This document shows positions 25,901-39,200 of a stretch of DNA of 64,000 nt, one piece after another; position 1 is the stretch's first letter; each line of letters starts with the position of its first letter. The DNA lies in NCBI GenBank assembly GCA_013239625.1, contig MU053216.1, positions 1,328,943 through 1,392,942 of the forward strand, read 5' to 3'. The DNA is from Lama guanicoe (Eukaryota). Made by a program: the position numbers and the translations under genes. The notes below the pieces were generated by a model. It was given only the letters and a program-made list of their open reading frames with translations, was not told the origin of the DNA and searched no databases.

Positions 25901-28900
25901 CTCTGCCGCCTCACACACAGGCACATCTGAAAATGTCCACTTGGCCTGTGAACTTGACACGAGAAGGAATCTGAGGCGCCACTTTCGGGCCCGACTTCGA
26001 TGTTTCAGATCCGTCAGAAGAGCCTCCTCTCTGAGCTCTCATTACCGGCCCAGCCCCGGACCTCGGCACTGGTCTAGCAGATGTCACGTCCAGACCACAG
26101 CATGCAGTGCTGGCCCCCGGTCCCCTCCCCCGCCATGCCCTTCCAGCCGCACCCCAGTGCACTGACTCTCTCTCCTGGACTTACTTCTGTCTTCTCCTTT
26201 GCCTGGAATTTCTCCCCTGCTCATCCTGACCTGAGAAAATCACACGCAGAGGAAAAGGCTATATCTGAAAATTATTTCCTACAGGTAACCTGATGCAGCT
26301 TCAGGAAACTCTGCTCAGCCTACCCAAGAAGGCATGGCCTTTGGGAAACAGGAGGAGGGGAGGGCAAGGAGGACATGAAGGGGGATTAAAGGCCAAGACG
26401 GAGACATGTTTCCTGCTGGCGACACACACCCTGTGCTCCAGGGGTAAAGACAAGAGGAGAATCCACAGAGGAAAAATGACCTTCAGAAAAGAACAGCCAG
26501 GCTGACAGCCAGCTTCTCAGCAGCCACAGCGGGAAAGCAGGAGAGGGAAGGGTGAGACTTCCGAGGGTTGAGCAAAAATCAGTGTCAACCCACAGTCAGT
26601 CTCCCAGCAACTCTACCTTTTAAGAGAGATTTGCCTTATTTATAGACAAATACAAAGAACAATGGATGATCACTAAGGGATGAACCCCTGCAGGACACAC
26701 TTCAAGAAAAAAGAAAAATGATTTCAGCAGGAGACGTTCAGATGCAAGAAGGGATGGTGAGTGAATAAAAATGCCTGTAAGTCTAAATACAGCGTTGGTG
26801 TAAGAACGCTCCTGATGTTATCGATAACAGCAAATAGCCGGAGACAACAAATCACCATTGGCAAGGGGATGGATAAGACAAAGCACAGGGCGATCCAGGT
26901 GGACTGTTACAAGGCAATTAAAATGATGGCCCTCCAGCTACACTCACATGAAATGGGTGAAACTCAGCAACATAACAGGAATTTGACAAAGAAACACAAA
27001 CAGGGGGGAGGGTCTAGCTCAGTGGCAGAGTGCATGTCAAGCATGTGTGAGGTCCTGGTTTCCACCCCCAGTATCTCCACTAAAAGAATAAATAAGAAAT
27101 AAAGTAATTTAAAAACAAACAATTTTTAAAAAGAAACACAAAATAAATTTAGATATGGAAGAGTTACTAGCACAATTAGCAAGAAGATTTAGTAGATAAC
27201 TTTGCTTGTAACAGAAAACACAGATTTATTTCAAATGTGTCTTAAAAATAGAGTAAAATTGGTAGCCACAGTCTTCCTAAGCCATAGCCACACACACACA
27301 CACCCGCACGCACACACGCACACACACACACACACGCACGCACACACACACACACACGCACGCACACACACACACACACGCACGCACACACACACACACA
27401 CGCACGCACACACACACACACACGCACGCACACACACACACACACGCACGCACACACACACACACACGCACGCACACACACACACACACGCACGCACACA
27501 CACACACACACGCACGCACACACACACACACACGCACGCACACACACACACACACGCACGCACACACACACACACACGCACGCACACACACACACACACG
27601 CACGCACACACACACACACACGCACGCACACACACACACACACGCACGCACACACACACACACACGCACGCACACACACACACACACGCACGCACACACA
27701 CACACACACGCACGCACACACACACACACACGCACGCACACACACACACACACGCACGCACACACACACACACACGCACGCACACACACACACACACGCA
27801 CGCACACACACACACACACGCACGCACACACACACACACACGCACGCACACACACACACACACGCACGCACACACACACACACACGCACGCACACACACA
27901 CACACACGCACGCACACACACACACACACGCACGCACACACACACACACACGCACGCACACACACACACACACGCACGCACACACACACACACACGCACG
28001 CACACACACACACACACGCACGCACACACACACACACACGCACGCACACACACACACACACGCACGCACACACACACACACACGCACGCACACACACACA
28101 CACACGCACGCACACACACACACACACGCACGCACACACACACACACACGCACGCACACACACACACACACGCACGCACACACACACACACACGCACGCA
28201 CACACACACACACACGCACGCACACACACACACACACGCACGCACACACACACACACACGCACGCACACACACACACACACGCACGCACACACACACACA
28301 CACGCACGCACACACACACACACACGCACGCACACACACACACACACGCACGCACACACACACACACACGCACGCACACACACACACACACGCACGCACA
28401 CACACACACACACGCACGCACACACACACACACACGCACGCACACACACACACACACGCACGCACACACACACACACACGCACGCACACACACACACACA
28501 CGCACGCACACACACACACACACGCACGCACACACACACACACACGCACGCACACACACACACACACTCTCTCACACACACCACACACACACACCACACA
28601 CACACACACTCTCTCACACACACACCCCACACACACACACCACACACACACATCACACACACACACTCTCTCACACACACTCTCTCACACACACACACCA
28701 CACACNNNNNNNNNNNNNNNNNNNNNNNNNNNNNNNNNNNNNNNNNNNNNNNNNNNNNNNNNNNNNNNNNNNNNNNNNNNNNNNNNNNNNNNNNNNNNNN
28801 NNNNNNNNNNNNNNNNNNNNNNNNNNNNNNNNNNCACACACACACCACACACACACACACACTCTCTCACACACACACACCACACACACACACACCACAC

Positions 28901-31900
28901 ACACACACTCTCTCTCACACACACACAAAACTCAGTGCGGTCTAAAAGGGAAGAGACTTTCAGATTATGCCCACCAACTGCCATTCAATAAAACCAGAAA
29001 AGGATGACCAAAATATCGAACCACTTGGAAGCTAAAAGGTTAAAGAAAGAAAACTAAGAGTTTTCTGTCTAAGTCTGTATAATTTATCTATACCTGTATA
29101 ATTTCTGTATAAATCTACATAAATATATCATTGAAAGTTGTAAAGGCATTTGGTAAGATTCAAAATTTATTACTAATTTGAAAAAAACTTGGCATATTTA
29201 GAGTGGAAATAAAAACTTCCTTATTACGATGAAGGGTATTTATCAGAAGTTAAAAGCAACCTTAACTTCCCTGCTGAGAAGTTACGTACTTTCAGCGCTG
29301 TGCCGGCCAGGACAGAGCAAGCCACTCCCCCCGGCCCCACCCCCACCCCGACTAACGCTGAAGACTCGGGCTGTTGGGAAAGGCAACTGCTTGAAGATTC
29401 CAGAAATTATCACCACAGGTGGACTGGGGGGGAGCCAGAACTTGAAAAACAGCCCTTTCTGGGTGGCACTCCCAGATCTGTTGTCCCTTGTACCCCCCAA
29501 AGGAAATTTCAAAAAACAACCTCACTTCCTCAGGTCTTTTGGGGGGGCTAGTTGGGTTTCTTTATTACCTCATGGCGGTGCCAGGGAGGGAAGCCAGGAC
29601 CTCGTGCTCGCCAAGCGCGTGCGCCACCCCGGGCTGCGCCCCCGACGCCCCTGCGGCGCCCCGGGGTCTGTCCTGGGGTCTGTCCTGGGCGCGTGCGGCT
29701 CAGGAGTGGCCCCAGGACCTACGTGCTGGCTCGTCGGCAGACTTAGGCGATCCTTCCTCTAGCTCCCTTCTTCATGAGACTCCCCCGCTTTCAGGCTCCC
29801 GGGGACCCCTTTTCTGGGTCCTCTGTCGGAAGCTGGGCTTTCAGAGTTTTCCCGCTTGTTTTAGTGCAGCCACGCAGCTGGGGCCACCATCGGGGCAGGG
29901 AGGTGAGAACGACAAGAGGAACTTGAGGACCCTGCGCACGCAGTCGCCAGTCCCCTGACGCAGGTGCTGCGTCCCCACCGCCCCCCACACACACTGCGCA
30001 GCTGGAGCCGCCCAGGGCAGGGCTGGGAGAGCAGAGCAAGGAAGCAGGCTCCCAGCTCCCAGTCCTGCGGGGAGGGCAGTTTGGGGCAGTTTTGCTGAGA
30101 GACTTCACTGCCTGTCAGGTCAGGCCAGCTCTGGGGCACCTTCAGGTTGACCTTGGGGGTAAAAGGGAGAACAAATGAATGGTCCTGGAGATCCTCATTC
30201 TAAGTGAAGTAAGTCAGAAAGAGAAAGAAAAAGACCATATGATGTCACTTGTATGTGGAATCTTAAAAGCATGACACAAATGAACTTATTTACAAAACAG
30301 AAACAGACTCACAGGAAGAAAGCAAACTTACGGTTACCAGCGGGGACGGGGGTTGGGGAGCAAGCTGGGAGTTCGGGATTAGCAGATACACACCACTACG
30401 TGTAACACAGATAAACAACAAGGACCTCTGTACAGCGCAGGGAGCTAAATTCAATCCCTTGTAATAACCTATAATGAAAAAGAGTGTGGAAAAGAACGTA
30501 CGTGCATGTGTGTGCCCGAAGCACTGCGCTGTACCCCAGAAGCTCATATTGTAAGCCAACTGTATTTCAAATTAAAAAAGAGACAGAATGAAAACATAAT
30601 CCACAAAAATGGGAGAAACATCTGAGAGGTGACTTGTGCTCGGGACACACAAAGAACTCTCAGCACTCGACGACGACAGGAGAACAAACGACCCGACGAA
30701 GAAATGGCTGGAAGATCTGGACCCTTGACCGAAGAAGATAAACGGACGGCAAATAAAAACGTGAAATCAGGCTGAACGTCTTAGTGGCAACTGAGCTGGG
30801 GAAGTGCAAATTAAAACGACGGGATGCTGCTACAAGCTTGTTGGAATGGCTGAGCTTTTTTTAGAGACAGTACCAAGTGCAGACAAGGCTGGAAGCAGCC
30901 GGAGCTTTCACACGGTGCTGGTAGGAATGCAAGCGCTGCAGCCGCAATGCAAGGGCTGGCAGTTCCTTTAGAAGTTAAGCACCACCGCTCCCGTACTGCC
31001 CAGAAATGCAACCTCTAGGAATTTAGCCAAGAAAGATGAGTGCTAATGTTTACACAAAAACCTATGCACCAGTATTTACAGCAGCAGCCAGAACTGGAAA
31101 CAACCCAGGAGGTGACTGAACAAGCAAACTGCGGTCTATCCACACAATGGGATGCTGCTCGGCAAGGAAAGGGGTATAGTGTCGATACACACCACGACCT
31201 GCACATATCCCAACGCCTGGTGTACGCGAGAGAAGCCAGACTCAAACACACGATTCTGTTCTGTACCACATGCCGGTAACGGCGTGACATTCTGGGAAAG
31301 GCAAAGCGATGAGGTGAGCAGATCGGGGGACTGCCAGGGGTTGGGGCGGGGGTACCTCCAGAAGGGTAGGCAATTCGCTTGAGGGGATTTTGGGGGTTGA
31401 TGGAAATGCTCTGTGTCTTGATTCTGGCAGTGATGGTGATGAGAAAGCTTGCGGGTCTGCATAGCAAATGGGTCAATTTTACTGCAGGTAAATTTTTTAA
31501 GTTTTTAAGTTTTCAAAAAATGATAGTGCAGTACATCCATGCAGTATAATCTCAGACAGCCACCAAAATTATGTTTACAAAAGGGCTTCCACTGGGAAAA
31601 TGCTATGACAAAATGTTAAACTAAAAAATATACAAATCGCTATATATAGGAGTGTGACCGTATGTTTTTTAAAAAATAATTTTTATTTATTTGTTACTAT
31701 TTTTGATGTCTTTTTTAAACTTTTTTTAAAATGGAGGCCTGGGGATTGAACCCAGGACCTCAAGCATGCTAGGCAGGCACTCCAACACTGAGCTATACCG
31801 TCCCTTCCATGTAAAAACCATTTTTTAAAGGTGGATAAATTATATCTAAGTGATAGCAGAGATTGCCTTGAATGAGACTTAATTTTTTTTTTCAAAAACG

Positions 31901-33217
31901 TATATGCTTTCCAAATTCTCTGCAGCACGCCCGTGTTACTTTGACAATTCCCTCGGCCCCAGTACGTAAGGGAGTCACTTGTACTGAACACTGGATACAC
32001 TTTAAGAAGCAAGTCTGGGGACTTGTCCGCGGCGTTCGAGGCGTCACCTACCTCCAACCGTCTATCTCGAACAGTGTCAGGATGACCTCGTCTGTGTAGT
32101 TCTCGGCCAGCAGGTGGATGACCCTCTTTATGGTCTCCTGGGCTGTGGCTTCCGTGAAGCTGCTCATATTGCGGTAAATGTACTTGATGATTACCGGCAC
32201 CTGCGGTGGAGGGAGGGGCAGGGTCTTTCCGACATTCAACACCAGCGCAGCGGGGTCTCAGGTGCCCACGTACACGCGCAAACAGCAGGGAATCACCCTG
32301 CCTGGCTTCACATCTCAGCGCCCACTTAGGAGCCATGTGACCCTGGCGAGCTTTTCAGCCTCTCTGTGCTCCCTCGTCGAGAAAATGAGAACAGTTTTAC
32401 CCACCTCGACGGCTCTGAGTCAACACATCCAAAGTGTTGGTCACATCAGTGACTCAATAAACTTCAGTTATCAAGGCTCATACCCTCCTGGAGCTTTTTT
32501 CCATTTCTTAAGAGAAAATTACTTCCTTGCACACATGTTGTAAGAATTCAATACCACAGGAGTGAAGCTAGCCCGGTGTGCAGCATCCGGTGTCAGTAAA
32601 ACCTGCACACTCACTGAATCCAGTGGGACCCGGTGACCCGAAGCCACGGGGCTGCGACTTCAGTTCACTACCGGGAGGAGGTTCTAATCATGATCGCGGT
32701 TCACAGAGAAACGTGAGCTCAGGGTAAAGTGTGAGCTTCCCATCGGTGCTCCCAGCAGAGCCTGGCCCCCCCGAGGATCGGGGCTCCCGCAGGGAGTTCA
32801 AGCACTGAGTGGGTGGCGGGGGGCACCCTCTGGGGCGCCCTTCAGCTCTAAGCGTGTTCAGACGGCTCTCCAGGCCAGGGCGAGGAGAAGGGCAAGTCGG
32901 GGAGTGGCTCGCAGGGGCTGCTGTGTGGGTGTCACGGGTGAGACAGGGGCGGGTTAAGTCACTGAAATGAGAGTGAACCCATCCGTCCATAGAGCTTTCA
33001 AGATGGCAGAATAAAAAGGACAGAGGAAGAGACACTCTGCTGTCTTAAATTTACTGAGAACCAGTCCCACCTCTGGCAAAGGGTCTGTATGCTATCTGTA
33101 GTTCATGTCGGTGTCTCTTGAGTTTAGATATTTGGAGGAAGCAAATATATTTGATAACACCTTTTATCTTGTTCTTTTGTACCTTATGACCTTTTTATGA
33201 ATGTGTAAATCTTCCTA

Positions 33218-33250
<33 letters not shown>

Positions 33251-36200
33251 CCGTCCTGCCACCGGCACAAGGAAGGCACCTGTGGAACTAACGCACCGTC
33301 TGGAAGCAGGGGAGTGACTGAGGTCCCCCTGGTCCCGGGAGCCCACGGGAGCCTCCTGCTGTAGCTCCCACCCTGGGCTTCGCCCCCTTGCAGAGATGGA
33401 GGCCAGGGGTCACGCCTTCCCCCGCAGCGCCTTTCACACAAGTACAAACAACTCCTCGTTTACTTTCGGCTCCTCTTAAGGGATTGCAGTCCCTTAAACC
33501 CCAACCAGAAGAAACACAATGGAAACAGACTCTAAGACCGAACAGGAAGGAAGAATTCTCACATTGACCTTGAGCCACGGAGGCTCCCGGGGCCACTACC
33601 TTCCCAATCTCAGGCTGGCAGAACTTCAGGATCATCCCCAGCATCTTGGAAGCCGCGAGGACATCGTGCCTGCCGGCATTGGTCATGGCCTCCATCACCA
33701 CCATCACCACGGCCGTTTTCTCCTCGGGGGTCAGGTACTTCCTGAAGAACTGAAGAGAGAAAGGCCAGCATGTCTCTGTGGCGCCAGGTCCCACTCTGGG
33801 ACTGCCTGCAGTCTCCGGACCCCAACGAGACCAGAGCAGGTGGCCCGGCCTGCATGGCTACTATGGGATGTGAGGCCGAGCCCCAGGGTGTCTCCAGACT
33901 GCAAGTCCCCAGGTGGGATCAGCGGTCCAGACAGCATGACATAGGGGACGTTGCATTTGTCCTGAGATAAAGGCATTTATTTCTGTTTTGGATTTGGAAC
34001 ACAAGCAGGTGATTCCGCCTGGAAAGTTTGCCAGTCTACAGCATTCCAAAGCGGGTGGTGGCTTCCATGGCCTCCGCGGCCGCACACCCCAGGGAAGCCC
34101 GTTCACTCACACAGAACGACTGAGTCCCGACTCTGCGCCTGCCTGTCGTGGGGAGCTGGGGAGCCAGGCAGACAGCGCCCAGTGCCTGTGCCCTCAGGGC
34201 ACTTGCTGTTGGGGCAGGGAGGTAGGCAGACATGGCGCAGCATGACACCTCTGGGAAGGGACAGACTGTGGCGTCGAAGTTAGACTGGAAAGATTAGAGA
34301 AGGCTTCCTGGAGGAGGTGCCTCTGAAGTCCGTGCCTGGTGGAAACGGGGAAAGACTTCCAGGCAGAGGGAACAGAACTTGCAAAGGCCTGGAGTGGCTA
34401 CTGTGTCCTGAGCTGGACAAGAGGGACCTAAGCGTGAGGGAAAAGGCTCTCAAGACCAGATGGGGCCAGAAGGTTAAGCCGGAGCCAGATCGGATGGGCC
34501 TCTCTGGCCATGTGAAGGCTGGACTTCAGTGTGACAGCAGCGGGGAGTCGTTGCAAAGTCTGAAGGGGAGTGGTGAAATGCTCTCTGCGTCTTAGAAATA
34601 ATCTTCCAACTGCAGAGCAGGAAGTGGTGAGACAGGATTGGAGACCGGGAGTCAGTGGGAGGCGGCCCCAGGGACCCGGAGGGACTGCCCAGGCGGGGCT
34701 GGAGCCGCGTGGATGGACTGGAGAGCGGCTCAGGAGGGAGAGTGGACAGACGAGGGTGAATGAGTGTGGAGAGTTGAGGGGAAGAAAGAGTGAAGGATGC
34801 GCTTAGGTTTCTGGCTGGAGCAGACGACCAGGACGTCGCATCCAAGACCAGGAACCTGCCTTTGCTGGGTGAGCGGACTCCAAGCCCGGCCACAGAAGGT
34901 GCCGGGAGAGCAGGGCTGTTGTACTGCTTTGAAAACTCTCTCAACGACCTCAGACTTCAGTTAACCCAGGAGCAGCTCTGGGAAGGAGCCGTCCCCTCCA
35001 GTGCGCTGTCCACGAGACCCTGCACTTTGAGGGCCTTCCCCCGCGTGGCCAGCCCTCCACATCCTCTCCTCGGCCCTCTTCCTCCCTGGCGAACGCTCCC
35101 CTTCTGGGCATCCTGTCCGCGGTGGAGACCAGGCGTTACCATCGTGAGATCCTGCATGCTGGCAAACCACTCCCCGCGGAAATGCTTCTGCAAATCCCTC
35201 AGGACGTTCTCTGTCTTCCGTCTCACACCTCGATCCAAACACAACAATTAAGGGGCAAGGCCTTAACGGGGAAAGAGGAACACGCCCTCCCCTTCCTTCC
35301 AGACCTCAGAGAAGGTCAGCAGGGCTCACCGGGCGGAATGCCGTTCGCCCGACAGAGCAGACCGGGCTGAGCTCCCTGGGCCCAAGCGCGGGCTGATGGC
35401 CGAGGGACAGTGTGACTGGGGAGGCCACCCCGTGCCCCGTGCCCCGTGCCCCACTCCCTGCCAAGCACGCGCTCTTATGGGAAATGCATCCTGTTCAATC
35501 ACAAGAAGCCAAGGTTTCTGAAACTCCCTTAGAGGGAGATTCGCAAATTGCTCTCGGGCGTCTGCAAGTGTGTTTGCGGCGTCTGGGTTCTCCTGGGGCA
35601 GAGAAAGTCCAGTTCAGGGAATCCCAGCTTGTGTCATGAGAAAGCAGCGTCCTTTTCCCAGTCTTACACCTGGGGACAGCTGGGACACACTGCGGGCCCT
35701 CGCCGATCTCACAGGTAGCTGCCAGCCCTGCTCCCCTTCTCCTGCAAGAATCTCCTGGAATCGCTTGAAAGAGGGCCCTGCACCAGCAGCGGGCTAGGGG
35801 TTCATCCGGATAAACAGATTTACTGCAGGCCCAGCCTGCCAACAAAGTGGGGCCTCCCCCGGAGACGGGCGCTGGCCACTCCCAAGAGCCCGCAGGTTCC
35901 CCGGCCGCGGCCTCGTGGTGGCCCAGGCTCCCGTCACTCACTTCTGTGAAGCACGAGGATTTTGAAAAAGTAGTGCAGGGCCTCCGAAGCCTCCAGGCTG
36001 ATCTCATGGTTGGCGCTCATGCAGGAGAGGCCCAAGGTGCCCAGGAGCTGCCCGCTCATGGAGAACTCCGCCACGTGCTGCGGGAAGGAGGCTGCGCGCA
36101 TGGAGAACCCTGCCGCGTGATGCGGGAAGGAGGCCGCTCACGCCCCGCCACCCACAGAGGAGCCTCTCCGCTCCCCTCCCTCGTCACTCGGGATTTGCTG

Positions 36201-39200
36201 TGCACGGCCCCTCGCCTCACCAGCTCCACGCTGTCCTGGTAACAGGAAGCCTTCCAAATCAGCATCCACGGGAGAAGGGCAGCCCGTGGGCACTGCGGCC
36301 CCAACCCAGCCGGCCAGGGCCGAGACATGGAGCAGGGAAAGAAGGCGCTCTGACCACCCTGCAGGGACCCCTGCGGCCCCGAGCCCCCCAGGCAGACAGG
36401 CAGGACCTGCGGAGACAGCCTCCCTACCCGCCGTGCCCCGAGGCGCTCACCCGCAGCTGAGGGAAACTGCAGATAAATCTCAGCGTCCGGGAGATCATGC
36501 CCAAGGCCCGGGCCTGCTCGTGCGCTTTCTCCGACTGCGTCAGCCATGGCAAGATGATCTGCACAGGGAGCCAGGACACTCCAGCAGCCCCTCCCCGGAG
36601 CTGGGAGCCCGCCCCTCCCTTCCCGGTCTGCAGTCCGCATCCCCGACTGCCTGAGACAAACGGGTCCCCCCACCCTGCAAACAACAGGAGGGCGGCCTCG
36701 GAGGGCCCCGCCAGAGTTTACGTATTTCCAGTCGCCCGCTATGAACATGTATTGCTTGTACAATTAGAAAGAAAACAATAAATATCATTAAAAATGGAAA
36801 GAAAGAAACTCTACCAGAAATGCTACATCCCAAAAAAGCTGTGTCCCCACACGGGCCCGTCTCCTCTCGAGACACAGCCCCCATCAGCCGGTTGACAGGG
36901 TGCCCAGGCAGCGTGGTCTCAGCTTTAGTCACACCTAACATTTTATTCAAAATTACACTATCCTAATTGATCACCATCTTGCTCATGAAAGTGGGTTTCA
37001 AGTAGCTCTGGGTTCTTTCCCCAGTTCAGACTCACCCCTGAAAGTGCCAATTTATTGTAACTAAGAATATTCAAAACGCGCCGAAGACCAGGTGATGGTC
37101 ACGCACACTGAGGTTGGAGGACGGGTGGCTCTTGGCTGGGCGGCCCCCAGTCTACCCTAACGCTCCTCCCCTCCCCCCGCAACACACCGCATGTAACAGA
37201 GGCTTTAGTTCCCCAATCTCCGCGGTCACGCACCTCCAGGCATCTCTGCAGCACGGCCATGCTGGGGTCCCTGCCCTCCATGACAAGCGCCTGTAGCATG
37301 TCATCTAAGGCCTGGATTGTCTAGCAAGTGGGGGGGCGTGGAGTGAGGAGGATGGACAGCTCCTTGGGGCACCCTCATCTTCCTCGGACCCTCCTCGGGG
37401 GAGGGGAAGTGGGGGCCAGTCCAGCTCTGCTCCCAAACTCTGATCTTCCCAAGCCCTGGCCCTCCGCGGCCTCACTGAAGACCGGGCCAGGGCCAGCTCC
37501 AGTGGAGGTGAACAGTCAGAGTGGGCACCAGGCAGCTCTCGCCAACAAAGACAGCCCCCATGGGACCCTCACCGTCAGAGGTGCATTCTGTTAGATCAAG
37601 GAAACTTCTGTCTTTAAAACTGAAAAATCTTGGGAAGATTCGGCCAAGACTTTGGGCCCATAATTCCATACAATCTGAGTCTCTATCGCAAGACTGTCTC
37701 CTCCGGAGACGGAGGCTGTCACAGAACTAGAGAAAGTAGCCTGTGGGTCGAGCAAGAGCAGGAACCGGCCCTGGGGAGACGGAGGGGTCAGGGGAGGAGG
37801 GCGGGCGGGAGCGAAGAGGCCCGGGGAGCCTCTGGGACAGACCACCCCCCGCAGACAGGCCGCGGTGGGGGTACCCGGATGTAGACGCTGGCGCTGTCCT
37901 TGCGGTCCAGACTGGGCGTGATGAGCGGCAGAGGGATGATCCTGGAGATGCTGGCGGCCATCAGGCCCAGCTTCTGGGACAGGTGGAACGGTGGGCTCAC
38001 CTGGCTGGGTGGGGCGAGGGAACCACAGGGTCTTTGGACGGCAGTTGTGAGGGGCTGGGCTAGTTTCTAGGGCCCTAGGGGAGCCCAGCTCTGCTGCTCT
38101 CCCTGAGGCAAGTGAAGCTGTGGGAACTGAGCCCCCCAGACCCTTTCCAATGCCTCCTTGCCAGGGAGGGGGCCCTGGCCTCTTCGGGAGCCTCCCGATA
38201 GGGAAAGCCGGGGACATCCTACACCAGGATGCTGGGAGATGAGGTGGCAGTCAGGGGCCCCAGATTCAGGTCCCCAAGCCTTGCCCTTCCTCCCAACCCA
38301 GGGGCCCAGAGGAGGAAGAGCGAGCCGGAACCTCAGGGCCACGATGCAGAGCATGGCCTGCTGGCGCACACTGCTGACCAAGACCTCTGTGGATTCTTCA
38401 AGGATTAATGTCTAGAAGGGCCGGGAGGAGGAAAGAACTCTCCTCAGAGAGGCGCCAGCCCTGGGCTGGGCCTCGTCCTCCTCCTCCCCGGAGGACCGCT
38501 GCCCAGAAGGGGTGGGCCTCTCTCACCTCAATTTTCTGGGCCAGAGCAGTTTTGGGGAAGTAGTCATCCATGCTGCCGTCTGCCTGGGCGTGAACAGCGC
38601 CACTCAGGGTTTCTACTGCCCTCAGGAACCTCAGCTTGTCGAACTCAGACTAGGATGGACAGACACACAGACTCCAGCCCGCGCCTCTGCCCTCCGCCCT
38701 CTGACCCCGGGCTGGCTGCCCCACATCCAGCCCGGACCCCAGATCAGCAGGAGGACTTCCTGCCACGAGCCCCACACCCTACTGGCACTCACCAGTGTCC
38801 TGGCCCCTCTGCATGTAGCCCTCTGGGGCCGGGGGCAGTGGGGCTGGGGGTCCCCTGTACAGATTTGGTCAGTGTCTGGTGGCCTGGCTGGTGGCCTGGC
38901 CACCCAAGCTGCCAGGTCAGGAGGCTTCCAAGCCAGCGCCAGTATCCGAGTCCCGAGGAGGCGTGAGCCCTCGTCTTGTCCTACGCCCCCCTCAGCTCTC
39001 AAACAGCCCCAGAGAGCTGCCTTACCGCCTGTCCTTGTTCTAGAAACTCCAGAATGAACCCGTAGGCTTCTCTTTCCGACGGGCGCAGCCCTGCAGAGGC
39101 ACACAGTTGGGAGGGGTCTGGCTGATTCTCTCAGGGGAACAGGAAAGCACGGCCTCCCCGCAACCCTCTGCCACGAGTGCTCAGAAGCCGCTGGGGGCCA

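Noticed and set aside
27003..27078. tRNA-like sequences with A/B boxes (also near 10870, 22535, 31735)
   Set aside because: Diverged SINE heads with A-rich tails, not intact tRNA genes.
27313..28566. Regular repeat array resembling CRISPR
   Set aside because: No unique spacers, simple dinucleotide content and a mammalian context.
27202..29007. 601-aa His/Thr ORF and antisense Cys/Val ORFs
   Set aside because: Translations of the CA microsatellite and N gap, not genes.
31683..32050. ORF continuation past MROH3 exon 11
   Set aside because: It is in a different frame from the exon, lies beyond the gtaggt donor and runs into a SINE.
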